DNA of 64,000 bases, from NCBI GenBank assembly GCA_013265495.1, contig MU057744.1, positions 1,701,524 through 1,765,523 on the forward strand, given 5' to 3'. The notes beneath the pieces were generated by a model. It searched no databases, was not told the DNA's origin, and worked only from the letters and a program-made list of their open reading frames with translations. Below, piece after piece: positions 23,967 to 38,187 of the stretch (positions are counted from its first letter, which is position 1; each line of letters opens with the position of its first letter). The position numbers and the translations under genes were made by a program. Source of the stretch: Vicugna vicugna. Its lineage: Eukaryota.

Positions 23967-25311
23967 GTGAGAGGCTGTCAGAGCTCTGTGTGGTGGTCAT
24001 TCTGTACGACTGAAGAACCCAGCACGACAACCAGAGGTGGCCAGCCCTTCAGCCACCTGCTAACCGTCATTGTTTACATGCTAAAGGTTCCATCCTACCC
24101 TCATCCACTCAGGTTTGTACAGTGAACCTGGCTGGATGTTACATCAGTGATTTAAATATTAAGTGAAGAAACTTGCTACTCCCGGGTTCTAGCTTAGTCC
24201 TCCCCGTTCACCTGGTCCTCCGGGTGCTGCTGGTGTTATGCTTCTGAAATGCAGAAGTTCCCATCCCCTCCCTTGTGCGTCCTTCAGCTACACACCCCAC
24301 TGCTTATAAGACAGCAGCTACACATCTTGGGAGTGCATGACGCCCTTCCCGACCTGCCCTGACCTGCCCCGGCCTTTTCCTCCTGTCTGCACAGGCTCTG
24401 GGAGCCCTCTGCAGTGTCCCCACACCACCACTCACTCACAACACAGTCCTTGTAGCCCCTCAGAGAAGCACGGCCTCCACACGTCTGTGCCCTTACAAAT
24501 AGTTTCCTCTGCTTGGGATGCCCTTTAAAACTTTTTTTTCCCCACCCAATTCCTTCCATCCTCCAGAGATTAAAAGATGGTCTTAGAAGTTCTTCCTGAC
24601 TGTCTAAGCTCATCCTGCACACCGTCCTTTGTGTTCTCATAATATTGTGTGTAACTTACTAAATTTTATGTGCGCTGTCTGTGCTATTTTATCTGCTAGG
24701 CTACGTGCCTCTCTCACTGTCTCTCATTTGTGAGCTTCCTTAGGGCGAGTACAATAATACTGTAGACTGTTCAGATTTCATGTTTTTATATCACTGTGTA
24801 ACACAGTGCACAGAGTCTAATAACAGAACAAATACTATTTCTATGAACATGAGACCTCGGGTCTCTTCATCCTCAGTAGACTTACTCATCGTAACATACA
24901 TGTTCCAGTAAGGATTGCTCAGAGTGACTGTGATCTCTTCAGGGTGACCAGCACTGCTTTTAGTGACATCAGGGGCTGGCTCTGTTTGGATGGAGCTGGT
25001 CTTAGACGCGTCCCTGTACCACCTTCCTCAGAGCTGTGGATGGAGTGCCAGACCCGGATCATTTTCACAATGAGATGTTCGCTTGTGTTTGGGGTCTTTG
25101 ATCCAGGCTCATCAGTCTGATTGTATTTGTTTGTATTCAGTATTTGTACATCATTCACTATTTCCTGCAGCCGAGCCTGGCAGTTTTTAACTTTTTATTA
25201 TGGGGAAAAATAGTGCAGTTAGACCCTGTGTGTTCATCAGTCATCTTCAGCATTTTCAGTGCTCTCCTGCTCTTTCATTTTTTCAGGGTAAGGGGGAGGG
25301 AAAAACAAATT

Positions 25312-25743
25312 CACATGTGGCTGTTTGGTGCTTGAATGTGGCTAGCAGTATAAGAACTGAATTTTTAGTTTTGCATAACTAATTTAAATTTAAAAGCTTA
25401 TACTCAAGTTATTAGAAAGCTTGTATGCATGTTTGGAACAACTTGGATATGTGAATGTACCTTCCCAACTATAAATGTCATGAATTCTAAAAAACAGTCA
25501 GATATTTTCACTGATAACTTAGTATTCAAATCAAGTTATTCTAGAAGCATTAAATACATACTGGATTATGAAGACAAGGAATGAAAAAAAAGTAAAATAT
25601 CGCATTTACAAGTTTATATTTTTATTACATGTTGAAATAGTAATATTTTCCATATGGTGGATTAAATCAAACATAGTATTAAAATTAATTTTACCTTTTA
25701 AAAACACATTAATGTTAGTTCTGGAAAATTCGAAGCTACATGT
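25312..25743. mobile_element. hAT-Charlie DNA transposon remnant (Charlie1/MER33-like)
   Basis: cacatgtggct...aatgtggctag...aactgaattttt...gtttggaacaacttggatatgtgaat...ttacatgttgaaat...attaaaattaatttt matches the recalled Charlie1-family consensus. Confidence 0.75.
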
Positions 25744-27979
25744 TTTAAAACAACTTCCTCACCACCCATCCCTGATGACCTAGTGCTTCCCTCCCACCAC
25801 TGCCGCTCTCAGGGATAAACCCTATCCTTTCTTGTCGTGTTGTAGAGGTGAGTTTCACTGTTGGGCTTTTTATTTTATTTTATAGGGAGTGATTTTGTTA
25901 GATTTGCCATTTTGCATTCTGGGTTGTTAAACCTTAATGTTTACCAGAAGGGTAGATGTTCAAAGTATGATTTCACAAACCATAAAGAACAGAGAGGAAA
26001 CAAAGGAAGCTCTTAACTAAGATGCTGCTTTGTAAGGGCTGTTGTCTAACATCGCTTTTTCCTTTGCCTTTATTGAAAGTTTAACATGGCATGTGGTTAT
26101 AGGAAAAGTATAGGTAAAGATGACAGCACGTAGACATATGTTTTTGAAGAAATAGAAGTAAATTTCATCAGAAAATAGCTAGAAACTCTTCAGGTGTTAT
26201 TTCCCTATTCTATGATTCAGTGGAAAATGCGGGGGAAAAAAAAGAGGCTTAAACAGTTCTTTCAGCCTTTTTTTTGTTCATGTACCCCTTGAATGAATTT
26301 TTAAAACCATATACTTCATGACGTAATTTTCATTATAAATTTAAATCGTTGCATATTAAATGGTTTCTGGTCTGCAGTACACATGAACACTTTAAACCAA
26401 ACTGTGCATATGTCATTTAAATATGTTGTATGGGAAATAAATCCCAAGAGTTTCCACAATTTCCTCTCCTTATTCTACTGAGTTCAATAAAGCACCAAGC
26501 ACTGGCAACTTCATCTTCCAGGTGTACGTCATTCCAGTCCCCTCTGCTCCACCCTGAAGAATCTGGTTCCGCCTTTATCATGGCCAGTTGCACTGTTTCC
26601 ATTGCCTCCTAACCATCTCTGTGCCCTCAGTCTGACCTGCCTCCAGTTCACTCTGACTGGGTGACACCATGCTTAGAACCCTTCGAGGCTGAGCCTTATT
26701 CCTGTCGTAATTCCAGTCTCCTTACCATGCAGGACAAACCAGCTGACTCATCTCACCTCGCCCCCAGCCCCTCCTGCTTCAGTCCACTGTGGTAATGCCA
26801 ATGCTCTTTATTACTACCCCCTCTCTTATTCCTTAACCAGGATTAAAGCCAAAATGGGGCTTCCCTTCTACATCGTAGGCTAAGAAAGAGCTTGCCTTGT
26901 GGGAGAGTCTGATGGGGTGTTGAGACACTAACCAGTCTTGTTTACACTAGTAAAGTTACATATGAAACAGACTTCATGGGCCATGGAAGGGCCAACCTAA
27001 TACAATCTCTACTGTAAATTTATTACTTCTTCTAGAATACATCTACTGTATTGAATCTTTATCGAGAGATTAGATTCAGTGTGGCCGTGATAGAAGAGGC
27101 CTTCCCAATCTAGAGCTCCTAATTTTTATATGCTTCCCAGTTGGCTAGTGTCTTCAAATCATTTTATTTTATGAGAAAAGCATATTAGTGGTGGATTTGC
27201 CAAATCTTTGCATATTTAAAACTGACTTTCTGTTGTTATTTCCTATGAACAAACACTTGGCTAATTAAAAAATGTCTGAGTCACTTTTCATAGCTTTTCT
27301 GTATCCCACCTAGTGTGACAGTCATGCTTTGATGCAGAAATATAAACGTACTGATTGTGCAGTGATGCACAGACCCTACTGGGTGTTGCACACATGCAGT
27401 TTATACATTGCATTACCTTTTAAAAAATTAGCTCTGAATTATGAAATGCATAATATCATAATTATGTCACCAAGGCTTCTTAACTAGCACATTAGGTCTT
27501 TTAAAGCTGAGAGGAGAATTGCTCAGCACCCCCTCTGGCTTTTCTCCCCTCCAGTTGTGGTTTCTTTCTCAGGAAGGCGGCTGGTTCCTCTCCTGCACGT
27601 CAGCACCTTCCCTTGCAGGAGTCCCACCTGTCCTCTACATTTTGCTTCTCAAATGTGTCCTCCAAATCACTCATTTTGTTTTCTTTGATGGCGTTCTGTT
27701 CCTCCGGCTCTCTCAGTGCCTCTCTGAAATGCTAGTTTCCTTGTATTTTTCATGATCTCACTCAGGTCACTTTTTACCTCAGCTTGCTGTCTCTTCATCC
27801 ATTCTGGCTGTTCTTCCCCGTCTGTCTCCTCCCTGGGAATTTTCACCCCTCTTTCACAGAAGTTATGCCTTCTTACACTCCGTGGCCAAGTGAAATAGAT
27901 TATATATTTAAACAACGTTCTGCTATTTCTATCTTATTTGACTTTTAAAAAATTAGCAGTGATTGCTGGATTTTATCAA

Positions 27980-29090
27980 TTAAAGAGTGCTAAAAACCAT
28001 GTTTTAGTGTCCTTTAATTTGCTGATAAATAAGTTAATAGACATCATGATACTGATGAATCCTTAAATTCATAAACTAAACCTTGCTTGGCTATAGTTTA
28101 TTATTCTTTTCAAATCTTGTTAGATTCTATTTGTATTTTATTTAGAACTTATCTAGGATTATATGTATATTCATTTATATATAAAGTTTATATAATAATT
28201 TTTCCTTCTTTATGGACACCAGAATTTGAATTTCATACAATTCTCAGGTTTCATGAAATATTCTGTTTTTGGCTTTTTTAACCATTAGAAAATGTAGAGA
28301 CTATTTGTAGCTTACAGGCAGTACAGAAATAGTCTGTAGTCCTAGTTCACTGAGCAGCCTGCCATTGAAAGTGTCTGTTCTTTGAAGGTTCATTAGAGCT
28401 CACTTGTGAAACCACCTTGTCCTGCAGTCTTTGAAATACTGGATCTTAAATTTCCTTTCCAATCTCTTTTGAATAAATTGATGTCATCAAATTTTCTACT
28501 TAGTTGGGGTGATTCCTTTTGATGATTCTTGATTTGCTAGGAAGCTGTCCTTGTCTTCTAGGATAGTCAGTTATGTTCTTAAAATCTTCAAAAATTTTTC
28601 GGCCATTAAGTTCCATGCAACATTGTCTTGCTATAAGTTTATAATTTTAATGTCTTTTGTGTCTTATATTCTGTTCTCTGTGTTTTTTTTGTTTGTTTGT
28701 TCCATTTTATCTTTAGCCTGCTTTGTGACAGGTTTATCTATTTTATTTATCTTTCAAAAATAAACATCTTGTGTGTATTCATCCTTCTCTAGCATTCTAT
28801 TTGATTTCTTGTTCATTAATTCTCTTTTTATCTTCGTTAATCCCCCCTTTCAATTTTATTTGTTTTTCTTTCTTAGAGTCCTTAAATGAGTAATACATTC
28901 CTTCATTTTAATCATTCTTCCTTTGTGAATGAAGGCATTTAAGGCTATGAAATTGACTCTGAATACAGATGTATCTCTGTCTCATTGATTTTGGTATAAG
29001 GAGTTTCCCTTACATTGCTTTCTAGATAGTTTATAATTTTGGTTCTAGTTACTAATTTGAGTTTGGTATTCCTGATTAAATGTTCTAAAA
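27980..29090 (-). mobile_element. Highly decayed old L1 (antisense) region; boundaries approximate
   Basis: T-rich sequence with L1 ORF2 antisense phrases, e.g. tagagctcacttgtgaaaccacct, ggtttatctattttatttatctttcaaaaa and gcatttaaggctatgaaatt. Confidence 0.55.
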
Positions 29091-29839
29091 ACGTCTGCTA
29101 TTGGTGTTGAGTGAGGGAAGGTAGACACAAATGGTTCTTTTTGTATATAGTACATGACTGACCTTCGCTGTTGAAAGCCATGGAGGGTGGGGGATGTGGA
29201 GAACAGGGACAGGAAGGGGGTGTAAGGTGCTGTAATGTTCTCTTTCTTGGTCTGGGTGTTGGCTACATGGTTTGTTCACTTTGTGAATTTCATTCAGCTC
29301 TTAAGATTTTGCACTTATTTCTTCATGTTATACTTTCGTAGAATGTTTGACAACATAAAGCCTAACAAAAGAATAAAATAAATACTTTCACAAGCACTGA
29401 GATGCCTTAGAAGCATTACTCATTATTACTAATTTACCCACCTAAGTTCAGAACTTCTGTGTAACTGTTATCCCATGTAATGTTTCCCTTTGCTGCTTTG
29501 TTCAAAGTTTGCTTAGAATGTAGATGAATCATTTGAACACAGGTATGCGAAAACACTCTGGTGTCTGTTTTGCTCATATCAGTATATGCATTGATTTGTT
29601 CTTTAAAACAACAATGGATTCATCTTTAAATGAATAACTGAATAAATACATTGCATGACTGATTTGTACAGGGACCTGTGCGTATTAATTTTACCTGAAC
29701 ACGACAGCCTACAGCCCCCTCCACCTGCCTTTTGATTCTGTTTACTGTCCTAGCTCACCTTTTTGAGAGGCATCTTTAAAAACATGCATTTTAAAAAAGA
29801 GATTTTAGGGGTAATGGCATTATTTCTGCTTTCGTCCAG

Positions 29840-29961
29840 GCTATTATGCACCACGAAGGTCACATGGACGATGGCCTAAATTTATCCAGATCTCAACATG
29901 AAGAATCACGGACAGCACGTGTCATCCGAAGCACAGTCTTTCTCTTCAATAGATTTATTAG
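29840..29961 (+). CDS. RYR2: RYR2 exon 14 (122 nt): [40 protein letters not shown](R)
   Basis: Acceptor ttcgtccag|G, donor TAG|gtacgc; overlaps ORF 29846..30040. Confidence 0.97.
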
Positions 29962-31999
29962 GTACGCAGTCCTTTGTTGTTGTGGCTGGTGGACATTTTA
30001 TTTCAGTTTCCTTATCGGATTTACAAATAAACAAGTCTAAAATACACCATGGTGGGAAATCTCATACTATTTGGTAGTTCTGCAGAACACATTAGAAAAT
30101 GCTAGTTAGATAATTTTATGTCTTTCTTTGAAAATAACTTTTTAAAAAGGACTGTGGTTTTGGATATGGTACATGTAACTTGTAATTGGTGGCTGTGTGT
30201 CAGGGTTATTCTGCAACATACCCTGGTGCTGGGCCTTTCACCCTGGGGCCGCACAGCCTGGATGCCTTGTGGGTTTGAACTGTATTTAAAAACGAAAGTG
30301 ATTCTTGTGATAAGGTTTCCCGTTTCCCACCTAATAATGGAAGCAATTGCATATCTACAAAACCAAATCAAACTTGTGTCCAAAGTGTTTTCTTTTTTTT
30401 TTTTTTGATCAACAATGTCAGATTTATACTCAAGATAAGAACTCAAAATTAATGAGCATTTGTTTAATATGGAAGTTACTGTTAATTAGGCCAAGGTAAG
30501 TTTCAGTGAATTGGTAAACAATCTTTTGACTAGAGTTGAATTACAAGAGACCAGCAGAATAAAAATTAAGCCATTATAGACAGCTATTCAGATAAATTTG
30601 GATCACAGGAAACCAGAGAGGGAAGTGGATCAAGACTTTCAGTGTTTTCTGATAGCAGTGCACCAGTAAGGACTCTTGATTTGTGATGGGCATCATCTCT
30701 CTCTGTAAACTTGCCAATTTGGTGGGAAAAAATTGACATACATGTATATATTTATAGTATGTATATATTTATTTATAATTATTTTTGAAAATTTGCATTT
30801 ATGTGAGAATTGTGAAAATGGGTTTATTTCATGTTTGTTGACCAGATTTCTTCATTTATTTTTATGATTTACCCTATAATTTGTGAATTTTTCTGTTAGG
30901 CTGTTATGAGCTTTTGTTACATTAGAGATACTAATTTCCTGTAATCATTTATAAATTTCAAATATTCTCCCAGCTTATTGATTTGAAAAATATTTCAAGG
31001 AGTTCTTTTCATTGTAGTTTACTCAATAAATTATGTTTTACAGCATATTAAAGGCCTTCACCACCAAGATTATATAAATATTCACTTAATCTCTACTTTT
31101 GTACACCATCCCACTGTGTGTGTACATTTGTGCAAATAATGTGCACAGCATTCAGCTTCATCATATGCTTAGTGTTTATCTTATTCCCCTGCCTCATCTA
31201 AACTCTAATCCTTTTCAGATGGAGGAAAGCTTAGAGATGGCATAAGAGTCAGATTTTTATCATTCGGTATAGGACTTCTTGTAATAAATACTCAAATTTG
31301 AAATTGTAACTTACTTTCAAATCAGTTCAACTTAGATTTTTTCCATCTTGTTCTTTCCATGGTTCTTATTTACTACAGCCCAGTCAGTTCTATAAAGCTT
31401 GAGGAAATAATCATCATAAATATTTAAAATAGTCAATTTTCCATGTCATTGTATTCATCAGCCTGACTTCTTCTAGTGCAAAAAGACAGGTTTTTATTAC
31501 AGTGTGACTTGTGTAGTGCTCTCAGAAGCACTACAGAGATTCCATTTGGCAGGCAATAGCTAACTTAATACCAGAGAAAAACCTGATTATTTGTTTTTAA
31601 ACATATTTTGTCAGAAAGATACTGTATCAGTTCAGACTTAATGTACTGATGGCATGGCTTAAGTGACATTCTGTATGTTGAGTGAGATTACGACAATTCA
31701 TCTTGGATGTGATTTGCTTTATCACATTTGCTCTTTGCTCAAGACTACTCATTTTTTTTTATAAAAAAAAAATTGCAGGGTCTGTGATTTGGAAGGTTAA
31801 TTTTAGAACCTAACACTTGCTTAATTCGTTTAGAGAGAGAACCAAACATGAGAAATTTAGATTCTGTGGCAGAAGTACTTACTGAATAATATATTTGCTG
31901 CTTTGTATTGAAATTCAGTTTTTACTTGGGTTATTTGAATTTAATTCATTTATATACTCATCTTGATAAAGTAGAATGGCTATATAACCCGCATTTAAC

Positions 32000-32259
32000 T
32001 GTTGTTAGCTCTCTGTATCCCAGGGGTTTGCATCCATGGATTCAGCCAACCATGGGTCAAAGATATTAGTAAATAACAAATACTAGAAAGTTCCAAAAAG
32101 CAAAACTTGAATTTGCTGCATGCTGGCAGCTATTTACATAGCATTTGCATTGTATTTACAATTGTTTATAGTATTTGCATTGTATTGCAGATTGTTAAGT
32201 ACTTTAGAGGTGATTTAAGGTCTACAGTCTACAGTATGATGTGTGCAGGTTGTATGCAG
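32000..32259. mobile_element. TcMar-Tigger MITE remnant (MER2-like)
   Basis: tgcatccatggattcagccaacc...aaagttccaaaaagcaaaacttgaatttgc...tatttacatagcatttgcattgtat...gatgtgtgcaggttgtatgca. Confidence 0.75.
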
Positions 32260-32499
32260 AGGCAGGCATGGCTGCTCTGAGTCAGCCTGAACAGATTGCA
32301 TCCATCCATCCACTCCATCACTGAACCAGAAACAGGGTTATAGCTCAGTCTAAGAGCCGGTCCCTCTTGTGTTACTTTCATAGCCAAAGCCTTAATAATC
32401 AACTCAACTACCAGTCTTCAGACTTTTTCCCTGTTTTCTGCCAGTTGCTCTCCCAGAATATGTTCTACCTGGCTAACTATTCTGGGTGCACTGGAAAAT

Positions 32500-32900
32500 G
32501 AGTATTCTGAGTGCCCATTCTCCTTTTATTGGGTGGAATGCTAAAAAATGTCAGTTTGATTTAATTGGCTGATGGTACTGTTTTGCTCTTGTGTTCCCTT
32601 ACTGATTTTTGGTCTGTATGTTCTATTAATATGGAGAGAAGGGTATTGAAGTCTCTGACTATAACTGGATTTTTATGTTTCTCCTTGGCAGTTCTGACAT
32701 TTTTTTCTTTGTATGTTTTGAAACTGTGTCATGAGGTTTATAAAAATTTAGGATTATGTCCTTTTAATGAACTGATCCCTTGATAATTATTATGAAATTA
32801 CCTTTTTAAAATTCCTGGTGATATTGGCTATGACATAAACTTTGAATGATGTTAGTATAGAACTTCTCTCTTTTTTCCTTGGTGTTTTCATTGTATATTT
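32500..32900 (-). mobile_element. Old L1 fragment
   Basis: ggagagaagggtattgaagtctctgactataactggattt...tttaggattatgtccttttaatgaactgatccctt is typical L1M antisense sequence. Confidence 0.6.
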
Positions 32901-34535
32901 AAAAAAAAACTCTTTTACTTTTTCTGTAACATAGTCTAATTCTACTACCATTGGTTTCCCCCAATTTTTTCCGTCTTTTTTTTGTCTTTGATAAATTAAG
33001 ATAAAAAAAATCTCTATATTGGATAGAAGTTCTAAAACTTGGCATTGTTAACAATTTTACAGTCTTGGATAGCATTTTTTTCTGGCAAAAAAGGGTTTTC
33101 CTAGAAAGCAATTGAATGGTTACATTTCTGATGGCATACGTGTTCAATTTAGTAACCTAAAAACTGACATTTACTGTTGTTTTCCTTTAGGTTTGAAAAT
33201 GTAGATATTATGTTTGAAATTTTTTAAAATTTTATTCACTCTAGTGTGATGAGAATTGTATTTGACTTTGTTATGGAGAAATAATCTACTGACAAGTCAT
33301 TTCTGTTGCTTTTCGGGTAATGAAAGACTTATAGAGGTGATAAAATTAGGTAATTGATGAATTTTAATGATATAATTGATTTGGAATTTTATGCAGAAGC
33401 TTTAGGATAGTCATGCAGTTCTACTATTTCAAGTGTTAATAAGGCTGAAGTCAAATATTCCAGAATTGTTAGTAATTTTATGTAAATGATGATACATTTT
33501 AAAAATATTTTTGAGCATTGTAAAGTTCAAAGGTAAGCTGGCTTTTCATTTATAAGGTTTTTGTTGTTTTTAAAATGTTAATTACAATAGTCAGGTAATT
33601 AGCTAGAAACATTTCCTTGAAGAAGATACTGCCACACAGTTTTGCTGATGCAGAGGGTAGAAAAGGAAGTATAGTATTTTTATGCATTAAATTTTGTCAT
33701 GACTAATATGAATATTAGTATATCAATCGTAGTACAGGCATTCTTTCATTCTTTTCTTGTATCTATTGTGAGTTTTTATAAATAAGCTTTTTATTTTGGA
33801 ACAGCTTTGATTTACAAACACTATAAAATTCTTCCCAAATACATGCAAAGCTGTCAGTTTTAGAATGCAGAATCTCAGAAAGCTCAGCAGATTGGGGCAT
33901 GTACGTGCCAGTGGTATGTTTTCCTTCAAAGCCAGAGAATGCAACTTGGTGCTGTTTCTTAGCCTACCTTCTAAGTATTTCTTTCAGGTGATAGAAAAGC
34001 CTGTTAATATATTGTTTCCTGATTAATAAATGAATTTTATAAATTACCATTATTAAAATATATTTTTAAATTGACAGGAGCTAGACAGGATGACAGTGAG
34101 TGTCAGTGATAGCATAGCAGTTAACAGTTTCTACTTCCAAAACAAAACAGAACAGTTAAATGTCAGAATTATGAACCTGGAAAGTTACATCTTAAGTCTT
34201 GAAGGATGGAGTGCTTCAAAATGAAAACGAATTGGTTTTTACATATTTAGACCATTGGCTTTGTAGACATTGGTTCTCCAGCCCCTTTGGGTGTTCTTCC
34301 AGACGAGTTTCTCTTGATACTGGTGCTTTCAACGTATAGCGTTCTGTGTACTTGACAGACTGTAACACTTCTCATCTGAGTATATTTATTACTGTTGTTT
34401 GAGGGCCTTTCGTACATGTTCCTTTTGCAGGAGTCTCAGGAGAGTGAGTAGAGCTTTAAATCATCTCTAGACTAAAAAGTAATAGAACAAAATTGGGAAT
34501 CACTGATGTAGAGAAATGTTTGTTATTTATTTTAG

Positions 34536-34719
34536 GGGCCTTGATGCTCTCAGCAAAAAAGTGAAAGCTTCCACAGTAGACTTACCTATCGAGTCCGTGA
34601 GTCTAAGTCTGCAGGACCTGATTGGTTACTTCCACCCACCAGAGGAGCACTTAGAGCATGAAGACAAACAGAACAGATTACGAGCTCTGAAGAACCGGCA
34701 GAATCTCTTCCAGGAAGAG
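34536..34719 (+). CDS. RYR2: RYR2 exon 15 (184 nt): [61 protein letters not shown]
   Basis: Acceptor tattttag|G, donor GAG|gtgagt; lies inside ORF 34516..34797. Confidence 0.97.
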
Positions 34720-35630
34720 GTGAGTTTCTGCCAATACTCATCTCTCTTCTGTCGTTGTCTTGGAGAAACACCTTTTTGGTGGGAAGACTGTATTTGACAT
34801 TTGTGTTTTGAGATGCAGATGAGCAGGTGTTCTACTCTACAAGGGAACAAGGGGACCAGGCCATGGAGAAATCCTGCAATTATTTTTATTTCTCACTCAC
34901 TAAGTATTAATTTTAAAAGATGAAAGTCTTTGCTCCCTTGGCAAAGGATGTTTTCTTTCACTGTCTGCTCAGTCTTCACTCTGATCATTTGCTGCACTGT
35001 CATTTGCTTTCTGCTAGTTATAAAAAACGGGTACTCAAAGTGTCTAAATGAATACAGGCTTTGGAAAGCATGAGGGTTTCCAAACTGTTGAGCTGACTCC
35101 TTGGGGCTCCTGGGAAGTGCCTTAGGGTTCGCCAGGAGCTTTGGTTGGGGATGGAGTCTGCCCGGGGACGGGGCCACCTGAGGAGCTGGGCTGCAGGCTC
35201 TCTGCCTGGGCAGGGCAACCCTCCTTTCTCCTTTCACGTATAGTAAGTTTCTGCATGTGATTTCGTTTTAGGAAAGTTCCACTAGAAAGACAGTGTCCAT
35301 GGGGACCTAGAAATCTTCTTTGGGCCACAGATTCCCTGTGTGAAATAAGTTAATTTAATTGGTCAGCTCTTGATAGCATTCCTTTCACGTGCGTTGCCTC
35401 ATTTGACAACCTTGATCTAGCAATGATAACAAAAGCATAATTTCAAATTTAGACAGCATCTTACAAATTTCTATAATGAGTTTTTGATTTGCTTTAAAGA
35501 TACATATTTTCATGAGCTTTTCTTTATTAATTGATTACATCTCCAGTTAAATATTAAAAGTAATAACGGTGATGATGCCAGTGTCCGTGATGCTGTCATC
35601 CCTGAGAGTGAGGACCTGCTCTTCTGCTCA

Positions 35631-36143
35631 CGTAGGAGTAAGGACTCGTTTTCCTCTACTCACCTGAGGTTCATTGGTTGGGGCCCGCAAGTTAGACTGA
35701 CAAAAGACAGATGAACAAGTGAAAAACAAATAGATTATTAAAGTGTACACTGTGTGCCTCCATGGGAGTGCTCAGCAATGGTTAACTCAAAGAGGTGATT
35801 AGAACTTAGTTTTATATAGCCTTTTAACACAAAGAACAGTGAATTTGTGGAGAAGTGATAAGACAAAGGAGAGGAATTTTGAACTTCTCGGTGCAGCAAA
35901 TTGTGGGACGGTAAGTACATCAGGAAACCAGTGGACAAGAAGGGCCAGTTCACATAGATTGCTTTGTGCAGGTCTGGGCTGGTGAGACCCTGGCGTGGTC
36001 TCAGTCGTCCTTCTGTCCTTCCTGGCAGGGCAGAGAAGGGTAGAGAATTTTTCTTGTGTTTGCTTTTCTTAGTTGCCTTCAGCCCAAAATAATCCTTATG
36101 CCAAAGTGGCGTATTTTGGGGTGGCACACTCTGAACCCCTTCA
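35631..36143 (-). mobile_element. Solo ERV1 LTR (MER34-like), antisense to RYR2
   Basis: The minus strand begins TGAAGGGGTTCAGAGTGTGCCACCCCAAAATACGCCACTTTGGCATAAGGATTATTTTG, as in MER34-type LTRs. Length about 513 bp; flanks ctca / ctta form a near-matching 4-bp TSD. Confidence 0.8.
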
Positions 36144-36473
36144 CTTACTCACAGGAGAATAAATACTGTGATGACTGAGTCATCAGTCTACTCTCAAGCC
36201 TTGCAGATCTAAGGGTGAAGTACACATTTTTATATCGTTCTGCTTCTGTTGAGAACAGCACTCAGGATTGAAAAACCACTTGAATTATTTCAAGATCATT
36301 TTATTTCACATGCAGGTGGGTTTCTTCCTGTCCTTTGAATAAACGATTTCAATTTTCTTTATGGTTAACAGACTTATTTGAGCCAGCCTTTTTTTTTTTT
36401 TAATCAACTTAGCTAGCACCTCTTGTCTGTGAGCAGAGTCGCAGTTTCTGATGGTGGTTTTCGACCCCTGCAG

Positions 36474-36609
36474 GGAATGATCAACCTCGTGCTGGAATGC
36501 ATAGACAGGCTGCATGTCTACAGCAGTGCCGCTCACTTTGCTGACGTTGCCGGCAGAGAAGCCGGGGAGTCGTGGAAATCAATTCTGAATTCTCTGTACG
36601 AGTTGCTGG
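36474..36609 (+). CDS. RYR2: RYR2 exon 16 (136 nt): [48 protein letters not shown] domain
   Basis: Acceptor cccctgcag|G, donor TGG|gtaagc; lies inside ORF 36423..36671. Confidence 0.97.
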
Positions 36610-38184
36610 GTAAGCGGTATGACTGGGTTTTCAAAGCAAGGGACTCTTGTCTATTCAACGTGATCGCATAAATTACAGCAGTTTTATCACACGCTTCTTA
36701 ACCGAGGCCTTCATGTGTTCCTTTAGTTGCACTGAAGTCAATGATGTTTCATATCCGAATCCATCTCTGAGTGTGATATGTGGCCAGAGCAGCAGCTTTG
36801 CCTTTGGTTAAGGGGGAGGGTCATCTCGGGTGTAGTTTTGTAGGCAAGGGGCCTCTGTATGGATGCGCGTTAACTGTTTTCTTTTCCGATTTTGAAGTTA
36901 GTTCCGCAAGAGCCGGTCTTCTCGCAGCCCCATGTTGTCCGGGCTCCCCTCCGGTCTCCTCCTCCAGGCCTGTTGGGACCTGCACTTGCGGCTCCCAGGC
37001 GCACTTGGCTCAGCCTCAGCAGCAGCAGCGGGGCTTGACGCTGCTCTCCCCTTGGCGGGAGGCAGCCCTCCCCAAGGCTGTTGGCTGCCTTCAGTGTGGC
37101 GATGGGTGTCAGAGGCTTAGTGTAGCACCGTACTGTTCTTCTTCTCACAAGTTCCCATTTCTTTTGGACACTTTAGTTATCATCATCTCCCTCGTTGACA
37201 TAGTAAGACTTTCTTCAGCAACTTCTCTTTTTGTTCTTGTTGTTTTTGCCTTTTAAATATGTCTTAGAAAAGAAACTTCACTTGGAACTCGTGGATGGAG
37301 CAAGGAAGGTTCTGGATTAGCTGAAGGCATGGCGTTGTGATTATTGCGAATGCGCACTGGCTCTCGGTTTCCTCCCGTTCTCTGAACACAGCAGCGCACA
37401 TCCCATAGGCCAGCAGCCTCCACGCCAGCTCCCTGGCTGCTCCTCGGCCAGTGTTTGAGGGAGAGACACCTGGGGCCATGTTGATAGCTGGAGATTGTCT
37501 GGTTTCTGGTTGATCTCTGTGCCTTCACTTCTTGTCTCCACCACCTGTATTTCAGACACCAGGGGGCCCTCACACACATCCTCCTGCATTTCATTGACTG
37601 ATGCCTGGTGTGTCACCTCTTGTTCTGATCTTTGGGGTACTCAAACCGCAGGGCTAGTCTGCCCTTTCCTTTTCACCTGTGACCTCACTTCATCTCTAGT
37701 CACCTGGCATCACGTCCTTCCTGCCCTTACCTCCAGTCCAGTGCTGTACCTCCAGAGTGTTTAGAATTATTTATATCAGAGATTTGATAGACAGTAAACA
37801 TGTATTTATACTGAAATATATATATATATATGGCATATGTTTCTTAAATATATGCATTTATTTCCTTAATTCTTTACATCCCATTTGATTAAGGAAGGAT
37901 TTAAGGGAGCTGTTAAAATAGACATAATTGGAACCCCCGAATACTCATGTCTTGATGGATGGTAACAGTATAATAGCCCTAAATATCTCTAAGATAACAC
38001 ACAGTGATTTCAAGCAGTGCATGTTTTATGGATTTTAAACTAATTTTTTCATGAAACAAGAGACACAATTTCTAAATACACTTTCTACACACACACGTGC
38101 ACATACACACACACATTCTTAACTGTAACTTTTGTGTTTCCACACTGCTACTCCTGAGAGGGTTTTTGTCAATCCCTTGCCCCT

Positions 38185-38187
<3 letters not shown>

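Noticed and set aside
36780..37256. 158-aa plus-strand ORF with a short polyQ run
   Set aside because: GC-rich intron sequence with a non-ATG start, overlapping ORFs in several frames and no recognisable domain.
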